This document shows positions 48,851 through 57,962 of a DNA stretch of 64,000 nucleotides, in pieces. The translations under genes were made by a program, and so were the position numbers. Every line of letters starts with the position of its first letter. The first letter of the stretch is position 1. The notes under the pieces were generated by a model, which saw nothing but the letters and a program-made list of their open reading frames with translations, was not told the origin of the DNA and searched no databases. Origin of the DNA: a bacterium (GTDB taxonomy: Bacteria; Patescibacteriota; Minisyncoccia; Phycocordibacterales; Zambryskibacteraceae); contig JAUSGI010000006.1 of the NCBI GenBank assembly GCA_030649135.1, positions 43,534 through 107,533 on the forward strand. Direction: 5' to 3'.

Positions 48851-50059
48851 CTATAAGCCGGCGGAATTGGCAATGTCGTATATGGGGATAAGCACGGAAG
48901 CCAAAAGGACACCGACCCCAAGACCCAAAAGGACAATCATTACCGGCTCGATTAAGCTTACCAGAGTATCGACGGCATTTATCACTTCTCTCTGGTAAAA
49001 GTGAGCCATAGTGCCGAGGATTGAGCCAAGTTCACCGGATTCCTCACCCACCTTTATCATCTGGACAAGCATGCCCGGGATTTCCTCATATTGAGACAGC
49101 GACTGGGAAAACGAGCTCCCGCCTTTTACAGCTAGGAGGCTCTCCTCCAGAATCTGCCTATAAACGTCGTTACCAACTACGGAGGCGGTTACTTCGATCG
49201 ATTTAACCATAGGAATACCGGAGAGCACCATCGTGTTCATGTTGTCTGCAATGATGGAAAGATAGAGTTTCTTATAAAGAGAGCCGACATAAGGTACGGA
49301 GAGCTTGAAGCGGGCCAAAGCCGACCTGCCCTCGGCTGTGCGCGTGTAGCGCACGACGAAAAATCCGAAAATCACTAGAGCTACCGGTATGACAATGCCG
49401 TAGCTGATAAAAAAGTTACTGACAGCGAAAACGATTTTAGTATAGAACGGTATCGTCTGACCAGACTCGAGAATAATGAGACTGATTTTCGGAATAATCA
49501 CCGTAAACATCAGCACCATCACCGCGATAAAGACGGTGATAACGAAAGCCGGATAAATCAAGGCATTCTGGGCCTTGGAAACCACCTCGTAGTTGCGGTC
49601 CAGGTAATCGGCCAGATGATTGAAAGTCTCGTTTAATTTGCCGGTCTCTTCGCCGGAGCGAACCATGTTGACATAGAACTCGGAGAAGACAGCCGGATGT
49701 TTGGCAAGCGCCTTGGAAATACTGCTACCGGACTGGAGGTCATCCGCGACTTGGATTAAACTTTTCTTTAAAGTTTTATTTTCCATCTCGCTCGACAGGA
49801 GAGTAAATATCTTCAGGGCGGAAACTTGCGCCTCGAACAGGGTGGCCATCTGCCGCGAGAGTATCACCACTTCCTTATGCGAAACCCCCGAACCAAAGTG
49901 CATATTGGAGAACCACGACTCTTTCTCGTCCGGTGATATCTCGGAAATGATGAGTCCGCGCCTCTGGAGCGAACCGACAGCCACGTCAAGAGATACCGCT
50001 TCAATCGAACCGGCTACGCGTTTCCCAGAATTTTCCAGAGCTTTGTAGTTGAAAAGCAT
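48851..50059 (-). CDS. pilC: type IV pilus inner-membrane platform protein (GspF/PilC family)
   Basis: 402 aa, two GspF-like repeats, 3 TM segments. Confidence 0.85.
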   Translation of the reverse strand: MLFNYKALENSGKRVAGSIEAVSLDVAVGSLQRRGLIISEISPDEKESWFSNMHFGSGVSHKEVVILSRQMATLFEAQVSALKIFTLLSSEMENKTLKKSLIQVADDLQSGSSISKALAKHPAVFSEFYVNMVRSGEETGKLNETFNHLADYLDRNYEVVSKAQNALIYPAFVITVFIAVMVLMFTVIIPKISLIILESGQTIPFYTKIVFAVSNFFISYGIVIPVALVIFGFFVVRYTRTAEGRSALARFKLSVPYVGSLYKKLYLSIIADNMNTMVLSGIPMVKSIEVTASVVGNDVYRQILEESLLAVKGGSSFSQSLSQYEEIPGMLVQMIKVGEESGELGSILGTMAHFYQREVINAVDTLVSLIEPVMIVLLGLGVGVLLASVLIPIYDIANSAGL

Positions 50060-50064
50060 TTTGG

Positions 50065-51132
50065 TTACACCATACGCTCAAGCGTCTTGGGGTTAGAGGA
50101 GAATTGGAAAGCATTTTCCACCGTCACTTCTCCCTTTCTCACCAATTCAGCCAGACATCTGTTCAAATCAATCATCCCGTCCTCCGAACTGGTCTCAATG
50201 ACAGAACCGATTTCGTGGGTGCGTTTTTCGCGAATCAGATTGGCGGTAGCGTTATTATTAATGAGAAGTTCAAAGGCCGGAATCAATCCGCCGGAGATGC
50301 GAGGCAAGAGACGCTGGGAAAAGATACCCAAGAGACTGCTTGCCAATTGGATACGGATTTGGGTTTGCTGGTCAGACGGGAAGGAGTCGATAATACGGTC
50401 CACCGTCTGACCAGCCGTATTGGTATGGAGAGTCGATAAGACGAGATGCCCGGTTTCCGCGGCAGTCACCGCGGTAGAGATAGTTTCCGGGTCACGCATC
50501 TCACCAATCATCACAATATCGGCGTCCTGACGAAAGACTCCCTGCAGTGCAGTATGGAAATCTGGGGTATCAAGCTTGACCTCGCGCTGGTCGATAATCG
50601 CTTTCTTGGGTTCGAAAATGTATTCCACCGGGTCCTCGATGGTAATGATGTGTTCGAGCCGCTCCAGGTTGATGGTCTCCACCATAGTGGCAAGCGTAGT
50701 GGATTTACCCACCCCTACCGGACCCACTACCAAGAAAAATCCCTGCTGGCGCTTGGCAAACGTTTCAAGAATCGGCGGCAGATTGAGCTCTTCGAAACTT
50801 TTTACTTTGGTCGGCACCAACCTCATAGCTACGTTAAATCTGCCTAGTGAGAAGAAGGCGTTACAGCGGAAACGCAGTTTACCGACATGACTGTAAGCAA
50901 AGTTAGTCTCCTTGCGGGCCACAAATTCTTTGTTTGCTTCCGGAGAAAGAAAGACGGCGAGAAATCCCTCCATGTCCGCGCGCGTAAGTACGGGCATCTT
51001 CATCAGAGGAATCAAGAAATTAGAAACTCGAATGACTGGTGGCCGGCCTTCCGAAAGGTGGAGATCGGAAGCGCCCTCCTTGACCACCGTGTCCACAAGT
51101 TCACTTAAAAGTTTTTCCGGTGTGGCAGACAT
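50065..51132 (-). CDS. pilT: type IV pilus retraction ATPase
   Basis: Walker A GPVGVGKST, Asp box, Walker B and His box; 355 aa, typical PilT length. Confidence 0.85.
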   Translation of the reverse strand: MSATPEKLLSELVDTVVKEGASDLHLSEGRPPVIRVSNFLIPLMKMPVLTRADMEGFLAVFLSPEANKEFVARKETNFAYSHVGKLRFRCNAFFSLGRFNVAMRLVPTKVKSFEELNLPPILETFAKRQQGFFLVVGPVGVGKSTTLATMVETINLERLEHIITIEDPVEYIFEPKKAIIDQREVKLDTPDFHTALQGVFRQDADIVMIGEMRDPETISTAVTAAETGHLVLSTLHTNTAGQTVDRIIDSFPSDQQTQIRIQLASSLLGIFSQRLLPRISGGLIPAFELLINNNATANLIREKRTHEIGSVIETSSEDGMIDLNRCLAELVRKGEVTVENAFQFSSNPKTLERMV

Positions 51133-51133
51133 A

Positions 51134-51523
51134 TTATTTATTTTCCAAATTAGCGATTTTTAGGGCCTCCTCGACTACTTCCGAAGGGATAGTTGTCGCC
51201 TTAACGATATAGCCATTGATGCCGAGCGCTTTGGCCTGCTCGATCTTGTCCCGATCGCTTTCATTAGTGAGCATAATGACCACGGCATTGGGAACGAGTT
51301 TCTCTTTACGAATAATTTCCAGAAGTTCGATACCGTCGATGTCCGGCATGATGATATCGAGAATGAGGATGTCCGGTTTGGCGCCGCCGCGCAGTTTGAT
51401 AAGCGCATACTCGGAACCGACCACCACATCCACGACGGCACCTTCACTTTCAAACTTCTTGCGATACATGTCCAAGAGAAACTTGTCGTCATCCACTATG
51501 AGTACCGTGTATTTTTTCCCCAT
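51134..51523 (-). CDS. stand-alone CheY-like receiver-domain response regulator within the pilus locus
   Basis: YTVLIVDDDKFL, ILILDIIMPDIDG (phospho-acceptor Asp), conserved Thr/Lys downstream. Start taken at MGKKY. Confidence 0.7.
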   Translation of the reverse strand: MGKKYTVLIVDDDKFLLDMYRKKFESEGAVVDVVVGSEYALIKLRGGAKPDILILDIIMPDIDGIELLEIIRKEKLVPNAVVIMLTNESDRDKIEQAKALGINGYIVKATTIPSEVVEEALKIANLENK

Positions 51524-51530
51524 CACTCTA

Positions 51531-53120
51531 TTATAGCGTATTAATTTCCTCAAATGGAATGATTCGTTGGAAGGCCTTGAGGACGGCGTCCTCTTTCATA
51601 GAGAGCATCCCTTTGGCCCGCGCCACCTTGTGAATCTCGGTTTCGGTCGGATTTTTGAGAATGACCGCCTCGATATTCTTATCCATTTCAAGCACCTCTA
51701 TTACCGCCACCCGCCCGGAGGTGCCTTTGAGACATTCCGGCGTTTGTTCAATCTCGTAAACTTCTTTACCGAAAGCAATTTTCTTTCTGAATTCCGGGGG
51801 TAAATCTTCGAATTGCTTGTCAAGCATCAACTTGATGGAATCTTCGACAGCAATCGGTTTACCGCTATTAGGACAGAGCTTCCTAACCAGCCGCTGGGCC
51901 ATGGTTAGAATTAATGTCGGGGCTATGAGGTAGGGGTCTACGCCCATGTCTATCAGTCGCGGGATGGCGCCGATGGCGTTATTGGTGTGAAGAGTTGAGA
52001 ACACGAGATGTCCGGTCAGTGCGGCTTGGATAGCAAGCTGGGCTGTCTCCTTGTCCCGAATCTCCCCCACCATAATCACGTCTGGGTCCTGACGCAAAGT
52101 GGTGCGCAGACCGGTAGCGAAGGTGTAGTCTATCTCCGGATGAATTTGAGACTGCGAGACACCGTCTATCGAGTACTCCACAGGGTCCTCAAGCGAAAGG
52201 ACGTTCATGTGGTCCTTATCCACTTCATTAAGCATCGCGTAAAGAGTGGTTGACTTACCGGACCCTGTCGGGCCGGTGACGAGAATCAGACCATACGGAC
52301 GTTTGAAAGCTTTTCTTAGCAATGCCAGATTAGTTTCCGAGAAACCCATATCGTCGAGAGTCCTTAAACCTTGCGACTGGTCGAGAATACGCATGACCAC
52401 TTTCTCGCCATAATAGGTGGGGAAAGTCGAAACACGAAAGTCAATCTTTCTGTCACCCACTCTGGCGGAGAAACGGCCGTCTTGAGGTTTGCGCTTCTCA
52501 TCCAAACGCATATTCGAGAGAATTTTAATACGAGCCACCACCGCCGAGTGAACTTTGATAGGTAAAATAAGCGAGGTGTTAAGCTGGCCATCGACACGGA
52601 AACGGACGCGAATATTTTCATTCGTCGGCTCTATGTGAATGTCGGAAGCCTTGCCCTCGGAAGCATAGCTCAAAATAGTGGCCACGATTTTGGTCACCGG
52701 AGCATCTTCCACTATCTTGGCCTCGGAGAGCCCTTTTACCTCCTCACCCTTGGCTTCTTTGGGAATACTGACGGAAAGTTCCGATTCCAGTTCGGAAAGC
52801 GCTTTAGTCACCGTGCCGGAAAGTCCTTTATACTTTCCCAATATCAAAGCGAAGTCGTTCTCGCTGATGAGAAAAAGTTTATAAGGCATGCCGATGCGCG
52901 CGGAGATGAAGTTGAGCGCGTCGCGAGCCTCCAAATCATTCGGGTCTATGGCGCCCACTTCGAGCACGCCGTCTTTCACACCGATGGGCACCACCCGATA
53001 GTGTTCGGCCGATTCTTGCGGTATGTACTCGAGTATCTCGCCGGAGACTTCTATATCTTTGATACCTCTGGTCGGAATACCGGGTAGGGACCCCTTGCTA
53101 TTGGCAGGACTGGCCATCAC
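51531..53120 (-). CDS. pilB: type IV pilus assembly ATPase (GspE/PilB family)
   Basis: Walker A GPTGSGKST, tetracysteine-like region, GspE N-terminal domain. 529 aa. Confidence 0.9.
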   Translation of the reverse strand: MMASPANSKGSLPGIPTRGIKDIEVSGEILEYIPQESAEHYRVVPIGVKDGVLEVGAIDPNDLEARDALNFISARIGMPYKLFLISENDFALILGKYKGLSGTVTKALSELESELSVSIPKEAKGEEVKGLSEAKIVEDAPVTKIVATILSYASEGKASDIHIEPTNENIRVRFRVDGQLNTSLILPIKVHSAVVARIKILSNMRLDEKRKPQDGRFSARVGDRKIDFRVSTFPTYYGEKVVMRILDQSQGLRTLDDMGFSETNLALLRKAFKRPYGLILVTGPTGSGKSTTLYAMLNEVDKDHMNVLSLEDPVEYSIDGVSQSQIHPEIDYTFATGLRTTLRQDPDVIMVGEIRDKETAQLAIQAALTGHLVFSTLHTNNAIGAIPRLIDMGVDPYLIAPTLILTMAQRLVRKLCPNSGKPIAVEDSIKLMLDKQFEDLPPEFRKKIAFGKEVYEIEQTPECLKGTSGRVAVIEVLEMDKNIEAVILKNPTETEIHKVARAKGMLSMKEDAVLKAFQRIIPFEEINTL

Positions 53121-53122
53121 TT

Positions 53123-53416
53123 TTAATCTCGACCAATAATGTCGAATGGATTAGGTCTGCCGACCGTCTGTAGCGGGATAGTCACGCCAAAATCGGTTAA
53201 CAATAGGTAGCCTGCGGAAGAGAATACCGCCCGGTCCAAGGTTACCGCCTGCAGTTCGTCATATATTTTAAGAAGGTCGTCTCCAATGCTTGAAGCCGAT
53301 AATTCGGCAGGTTCGGAGGTAGTATCCGATTTCCAGAAAAGATTGTAGAGAAACATGGCTGCGATAAAGACCGCGATGATGGCCAGGATGCCTTTGTTTT
53401 TGGTAAGTGTTTGCAT
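53123..53416 (-). CDS. small pilus-locus membrane-anchored protein
   Basis: 97 aa, one N-terminal TM helix. Confidence 0.35.
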   Translation of the reverse strand: MQTLTKNKGILAIIAVFIAAMFLYNLFWKSDTTSEPAELSASSIGDDLLKIYDELQAVTLDRAVFSSAGYLLLTDFGVTIPLQTVGRPNPFDIIGRD

Positions 53417-53417
53417 A

Positions 53418-53960
53418 TTATTTGAGCCAGTATGTTTCGGCTACTATTTTATAGTCATAGAGATTAGACTCGCCTACCCGAAACGAGATAGATTTGATAT
53501 CCATAATGCGCAAACTTCTTTCTATGTCGGCGAGTAGTCGCGTGAAGTTCGCGTAGGTGGCGATAAAGCCGAAGGAGACCGTCACTTTCTCGTAGACATT
53601 CTCGTTTCCCGGCAAGACGATGAGAGTGGCGTCTTCACTTGTGCCGGTGACCGCCTGAATATCTTTGATAGAGATGCCGTAGCGGGCGGCCATGCCGTCG
53701 AGGTCAAGCGCCAACCGCACGGTATCGATATTATCCGGTAAAGATTTATTGATACGTTCGATTTCTGTCTTGGGAAACGTTTCGTACGTGACGAGTAAAC
53801 GGTCTCTTAACTCGGTAATGGCGGATACGTTTTGCAAAACATTTTGATACTCATTGGACAGAGCATACATTTTTTTCACGTCTTGGTATTGGGCGTTGGT
53901 AAAGGTATAGAAAATCCCCACGGACAGGAGTAGCAAAACGATGGCGGTGTTGTGTTTCAT
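53418..53960 (-). CDS. PilO-like pilus assembly protein
   Basis: N-terminal TM helix then a coiled-coil/periplasmic domain; position between the PilN-like gene and pilB. Start taken at MKHNTAIV. Confidence 0.45.
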   Translation of the reverse strand: MKHNTAIVLLLLSVGIFYTFTNAQYQDVKKMYALSNEYQNVLQNVSAITELRDRLLVTYETFPKTEIERINKSLPDNIDTVRLALDLDGMAARYGISIKDIQAVTGTSEDATLIVLPGNENVYEKVTVSFGFIATYANFTRLLADIERSLRIMDIKSISFRVGESNLYDYKIVAETYWLK

Positions 53961-53967
53961 TTTGGTT

Positions 53968-54627
53968 CTAGGTTGAGGTGGCCGTACTGGTGGCGGTAGG
54001 TCCCGCTGTCGGCACAATCACAGGCGCGCCGAGACGTTCCACCTCCCTCTTGTATGACACCAGAGACGAATCGACCACCGCCTTGAAAGAAAAATTGACA
54101 TCCCCCTTGGCATTTAAATTCAAGTCGGAGAAAATGGCGTTTTTAAAATACTGACTCTTGCTGAACATATCGGCAAGGAAAGCGAGCGCCGCGTACCCGC
54201 GTGCTTCGCCTCTCAATGTAAACTCCAGACCTTGTTCGGTTCTTACATAACTAAAGTCGTTGAAACGCACCGTCTTGGGAGTAGAGACCTCCAGAAACTC
54301 AAACAAGGGGGTGAGGATACTGTGAGCCGCGATTAAATCTTTGGTCGAGATAATACGGTTGTCCAGACGAGTCAATTCACGAATAGTGCCCGGCGACAGG
54401 GTGGCGCGGGCCGCTTCCAAGGCCACACCCATCTGGTCAATGCTGTATTTGAGATAAAACTTATAGCCGAACACTCCCGCCGCCGCGACAATAGAGACAA
54501 TAAAAACGGCTAAAGCCAAAACAGCCAGTAAACTTGTATCTTTGGTCTTGGGTCCCATGGATACGCCGGGGACAGGAGCTGCGAAGGGACCTTTGGGGAT
54601 AAAAGACGATTGAAATTTCGGATCCAT
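53968..54627 (-). CDS. PilN-like pilus assembly protein
   Basis: N-terminal cytoplasmic segment, single TM helix, periplasmic domain; directly downstream of pilM. Confidence 0.5.
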   Translation of the reverse strand: MDPKFQSSFIPKGPFAAPVPGVSMGPKTKDTSLLAVLALAVFIVSIVAAAGVFGYKFYLKYSIDQMGVALEAARATLSPGTIRELTRLDNRIISTKDLIAAHSILTPLFEFLEVSTPKTVRFNDFSYVRTEQGLEFTLRGEARGYAALAFLADMFSKSQYFKNAIFSDLNLNAKGDVNFSFKAVVDSSLVSYKREVERLGAPVIVPTAGPTATSTATST

Positions 54628-54686
54628 TTAGTTGCATTATACAACGGAAAGCAATTTACTGACACACAAAGAGTGTTTATAACTAT

Positions 54687-55832
54687 TTATTCCCCTTCCG
54701 CGAGTTTACGCAGAGCAAGACCGATGGCCACGGCAAATTCCGGACCGGTTTCCCTAAGAATATTTTCAAGAAAGGCCGGGGCGGAAACTTTGTTGAATGG
54801 GTTGGCGATGACCACATCTGTTTTGAAATTATCTTTGGCTAGGTCCGCAAGTCCTTTGAGCGCGGAGCCGCCACCGACCAGAATCACCTTGGAAATAGTC
54901 TTGTTGTGCTTCTTCTCGAAGGCCAGAATGGCGTTATTGACCTCGGCAAAGATGTGGTCAAGGTTTAAAACGATGAGGTCGGTCAAATTTTTATCCTCAC
55001 CCGTTGCTCCCACTTGCCGTTTCATCACTTCCGCGCGTTCGAGAGTAAGTCCGAGTGATTTCGAGATGGTGGCGGTGAGGTCTTGGGAACCGCGATTGAC
55101 CGTATGCGAAGAACGGATAACTCCGCGCTCGACGACATAGAGTTTGGTCGAGGCGGCACCCATATCTATAATCATCACCGGTCGCAGCGCTTCGTCGAGC
55201 ACGGCGCGCATGGTACTGAATATCTCGATTTCGAAAAAGCCGGCCTCCAGTCCGCTTTTGGCCACAATCTCCTGATATCGAGCAATCGTTTCATTGTGTA
55301 TCGCCACAATCAGCACATCAACTTTGGCAAGCAGAGACGGCACCCCGGCTCCTTGCTCATTTGAAGGCCGTTCGTCCGGCGCGACATATTCCGAAGTATC
55401 TTCCGCCTTGACTTCACTTTTGGGAATAACAGACCAGTCAATCATCACTTCCGAAATAGGCACCGGGATATATTTACGCGCCTCAAGTGGCACCATGACC
55501 GCCAGTTGTTTGGGGCTAACATCAGGCATTTCAATCACCGACATGAGAGAGGAAGCAAACGGGATGGAGATACCGCATTTCTTTGTGGTGATGTTGACCT
55601 CCTTCTCTTTCATTAAGTCCGCGAGCGCTTGGGCAATTTTGTCCGGCGCAAGCGCCACCGCCTGACCCACACCGAGACCGGCATAAGGACCGAGGGCCAA
55701 TTCGCCATATGTCTCAAGTACGGCTTGGCTGTTTTTCTTTTTTATTTGCACTACTTTGATGGCCGAGGAACCGATGTCCACACCCAATGCCGAGGATTCG
55801 GCCTGATTGAAAAATTTAGAAAAGAATGCCAT
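54687..55832 (-). CDS. pilM: type IV pilus assembly protein PilM (actin-like ATPase fold)
   Basis: ALGVDIGSSAIKVVQIKKKN phosphate-1-like motif; 381 aa. Confidence 0.8.
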   Translation of the reverse strand: MAFFSKFFNQAESSALGVDIGSSAIKVVQIKKKNSQAVLETYGELALGPYAGLGVGQAVALAPDKIAQALADLMKEKEVNITTKKCGISIPFASSLMSVIEMPDVSPKQLAVMVPLEARKYIPVPISEVMIDWSVIPKSEVKAEDTSEYVAPDERPSNEQGAGVPSLLAKVDVLIVAIHNETIARYQEIVAKSGLEAGFFEIEIFSTMRAVLDEALRPVMIIDMGAASTKLYVVERGVIRSSHTVNRGSQDLTATISKSLGLTLERAEVMKRQVGATGEDKNLTDLIVLNLDHIFAEVNNAILAFEKKHNKTISKVILVGGGSALKGLADLAKDNFKTDVVIANPFNKVSAPAFLENILRETGPEFAVAIGLALRKLAEGE

Positions 55833-55858
55833 GTGTCTTATAATATCATAATCTTTCC

Positions 55859-56554
55859 ATGCACTTTCTCTCCCGTATTAGAGATTTGTTTACCGACTTT
55901 CTTTTCCCGCGAAGTCAGAAGGTGTTGGCACTGGAGGCGCTTTCCGCCGGAGCGCTCGTTGACATTTTGCCGCCTGCCGAACATTCGGAAGACCCGCCTG
56001 CTCCCGACGCAGGAGGGCGGGCAGGCAAAAATGTCCTGGCGCTCTTCGATTACAGTCACCCGCTTGTCAAGGAAATTATTTGGGAACTGAAATATGGCGG
56101 TAACGTGCGCATAGCGGATAAGCTCGGAGAAATTCTCTACGACCACATACAGCACGAACTCCAGGACCTTACCTATTTTGAAAAATGGAGTAAACCAATA
56201 TTATTAATGCCCATACCCATTTCAGGTAAACGGCGGTTTGAGCGCGGCTGGAATCAATCCGAACTCCTAGCTGAAGCGATTATGAAGCGTGATAGCCAAA
56301 ATTTATTTAGATACTTACCAAGGCAACTCGTCAAAGCGCGAGAGACCGAGAGTCAGACCAAGACTGCGTCGAGAACCGAGCGTTTGGGAAATATTACGAA
56401 TTCGATGAAAGTTTTGAATGCAGAGTCGGTCGGGGGAGAGTGCGTGATCGTTTTAGACGATGTGACTACCACCGGTTCCACTTTCGCCGAAGCACGAAGA
56501 GTACTCCGCGCCGCCGGCGCGAAAAAAATTTTATGCGTAGCAGTCGCGCATTAA
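55859..56554 (+). CDS. comFC: ComF-family competence protein (phosphoribosyltransferase-like)
   Basis: C-terminal PRTase motif CVIVLDDVTTTGSTF; divergent from pilM. Confidence 0.75.
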   Translation: MHFLSRIRDLFTDFLFPRSQKVLALEALSAGALVDILPPAEHSEDPPAPDAGGRAGKNVLALFDYSHPLVKEIIWELKYGGNVRIADKLGEILYDHIQHELQDLTYFEKWSKPILLMPIPISGKRRFERGWNQSELLAEAIMKRDSQNLFRYLPRQLVKARETESQTKTASRTERLGNITNSMKVLNAESVGGECVIVLDDVTTTGSTFAEARRVLRAAGAKKILCVAVAH

Positions 56555-56556
56555 CC

Positions 56557-56973
56557 CTAACGAGTACGCAGTAGAGTATTTACCAACACCACACCCATAA
56601 TATCGTAGTCGGCCCACTCCGGCACCGGCACCGCGCTGTCCGGTTTAATGGTCCCCGTCACAGCGATAGTATCTTCCGCCTTGAGATCAGAATTGACATC
56701 TTGGATGCGGCTGATATCGAGAGCGTAATGGAGGCCGTCGCGGCTTTTGACACCGAGCGTGCATGTTTCAAGAGCAGGCGTTTCGATTCCATCTTTGAGC
56801 GGCAGACAGCTGAATTTGCCGGTAATGGTAACCATGCTGTCAATCTCGTCATTAACAATCTTGTCCCAACCCTTGAACAAGAGGAAACCGAAGACCGCAA
56901 GCGCGACCAGCACAACTAGCCAGATGGCATTACTGCGAAAAAAGCCTCTTTCATCAAAATTTCTCATATACAT
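56557..56973 (-). CDS. hypothetical membrane-anchored protein
   Basis: 138 aa with an N-terminal TM helix. Confidence 0.4.
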   Translation of the reverse strand: MYMRNFDERGFFRSNAIWLVVLVALAVFGFLLFKGWDKIVNDEIDSMVTITGKFSCLPLKDGIETPALETCTLGVKSRDGLHYALDISRIQDVNSDLKAEDTIAVTGTIKPDSAVPVPEWADYDIMGVVLVNTLLRTR

Positions 56974-57020
56974 GAATTATATCAGTACCCCAACTTTTGG
57001 CAAATACCAGAGATATTGCC

Positions 57021-57161
57021 TTATTTGCCCCGGATGAAACGCAGAAGAATCACAATAACAGCCACCACAAGTAGGATGTGAATGAGGACACCTGCAACAG
57101 GAAAAATGATAAACCCAAAGAGCCACAACACCAAAAGCACAATTCCAATAGTTACTAGCAT
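57021..57161 (-). CDS. small (46 aa) hydrophobic membrane protein resembling the lmo0937-type family
   Basis: Manual translation MLVTIGIVLLVLWLFGFIIFPVAGVLIHILLVVAVIVILLRFIRGK. Below the track's length cutoff. Confidence 0.45.
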   Translation of the reverse strand: MLVTIGIVLLVLWLFGFIIFPVAGVLIHILLVVAVIVILLRFIRGK

Positions 57162-57216
57162 GATTTTTATTAATTAATATTTACAGCTTCCATTATACCT
57201 TCTTTACAGTTAAAAA

Positions 57217-57834
57217 CTAACGAGGATTAATATACTTCTGATAATGTGGATCATCCTTACTCATGTGTTTAGCAATGATGTCTCTGATAAATTCTGATTT
57301 GTTCATTTTGTAGTAAAAACTCGCCCAATCTAAATAATTTTCTATTGCTTTACTGAATATAATATTGAATTTAACAGTAGGGCTAGCGCTTTTGCTTAGA
57401 AAATGTGCAAGTATTCGCTTAATATCTTCTTTACTAGAATATCTTGCTATGGTGAGAAGTGGTGATTTTATTCCATTTATAAAAGAGTTTTGTAGTTTAT
57501 TCTTCTTGTCTGACCCGTCATTATAAAGAAGTACCAGTACCGGCTTATTTTTACTTAAGGCCAAAGTCATTTGATGTCCAATGCTAAAACTTGATACCGT
57601 TCCTTCTATTATAACGACGTCCGACGCCAATATAGACTCGATGGCTTTATTGTAGATTGCTACTCTGTCGATTTTGATTTTCCCCTTTTTATAGTCGCCC
57701 AAAGTTGCAACGGCGTTATCAATCCAATCCCTTGTTATGGTATGGCCCGTATCCCTAACAAGATTACATATATCCACGTAATTTTTGCCATATACCTCTA
57801 GCTCAGAAGTAGAGCATGCAAAATGTATCTTCAT
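57217..57834 (-). CDS. Rcl/nucleoside 2-deoxyribosyltransferase-fold domain fused to a C-terminal ribbon-helix-helix-like domain
   Basis: KIHFACS (compare KIYFxGS) and SDVVIIEGTVSSFSIGHQMTLALSKNKPVLVL (compare Rcl ADVVVAEVTQPSLGVGYELGRAVAFNKRILCL). The expected catalytic Glu aligns to Gln. C-terminal KFNIIFSKAIENYLDWASFYYKMNKSEFIRDIIAKHMSK has a beta-alpha-alpha RHH pattern. Confidence 0.45.
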   Translation of the reverse strand: MKIHFACSTSELEVYGKNYVDICNLVRDTGHTITRDWIDNAVATLGDYKKGKIKIDRVAIYNKAIESILASDVVIIEGTVSSFSIGHQMTLALSKNKPVLVLLYNDGSDKKNKLQNSFINGIKSPLLTIARYSSKEDIKRILAHFLSKSASPTVKFNIIFSKAIENYLDWASFYYKMNKSEFIRDIIAKHMSKDDPHYQKYINPR

Positions 57835-57884
57835 AGGTATAACGATACTATAATTTGCGTATTTTGTAAATGTCTCATTTCTAC

Positions 57885-57923
57885 TTGACTTCTATGTATG
57901 GCATATGTAAATATGTATGGTAT
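57885..57923 (+). promoter_or_regulatory. promoter TTGACT(17)TAAATA overlapped by a tandem direct repeat (putative operator)
   Basis: TTGACT at 57885..57890 and TAAATA at 57908..57913. Repeats TATGTATGGCATA (57893..57905) and TATGTATGGTATA (57911..57923), 18 bp period, overlap the spacer and the -10. Confidence 0.4.
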
Positions 57924-57962
57924 ACATACAACATTACAAATATCACAAATCGCCAACTAATT

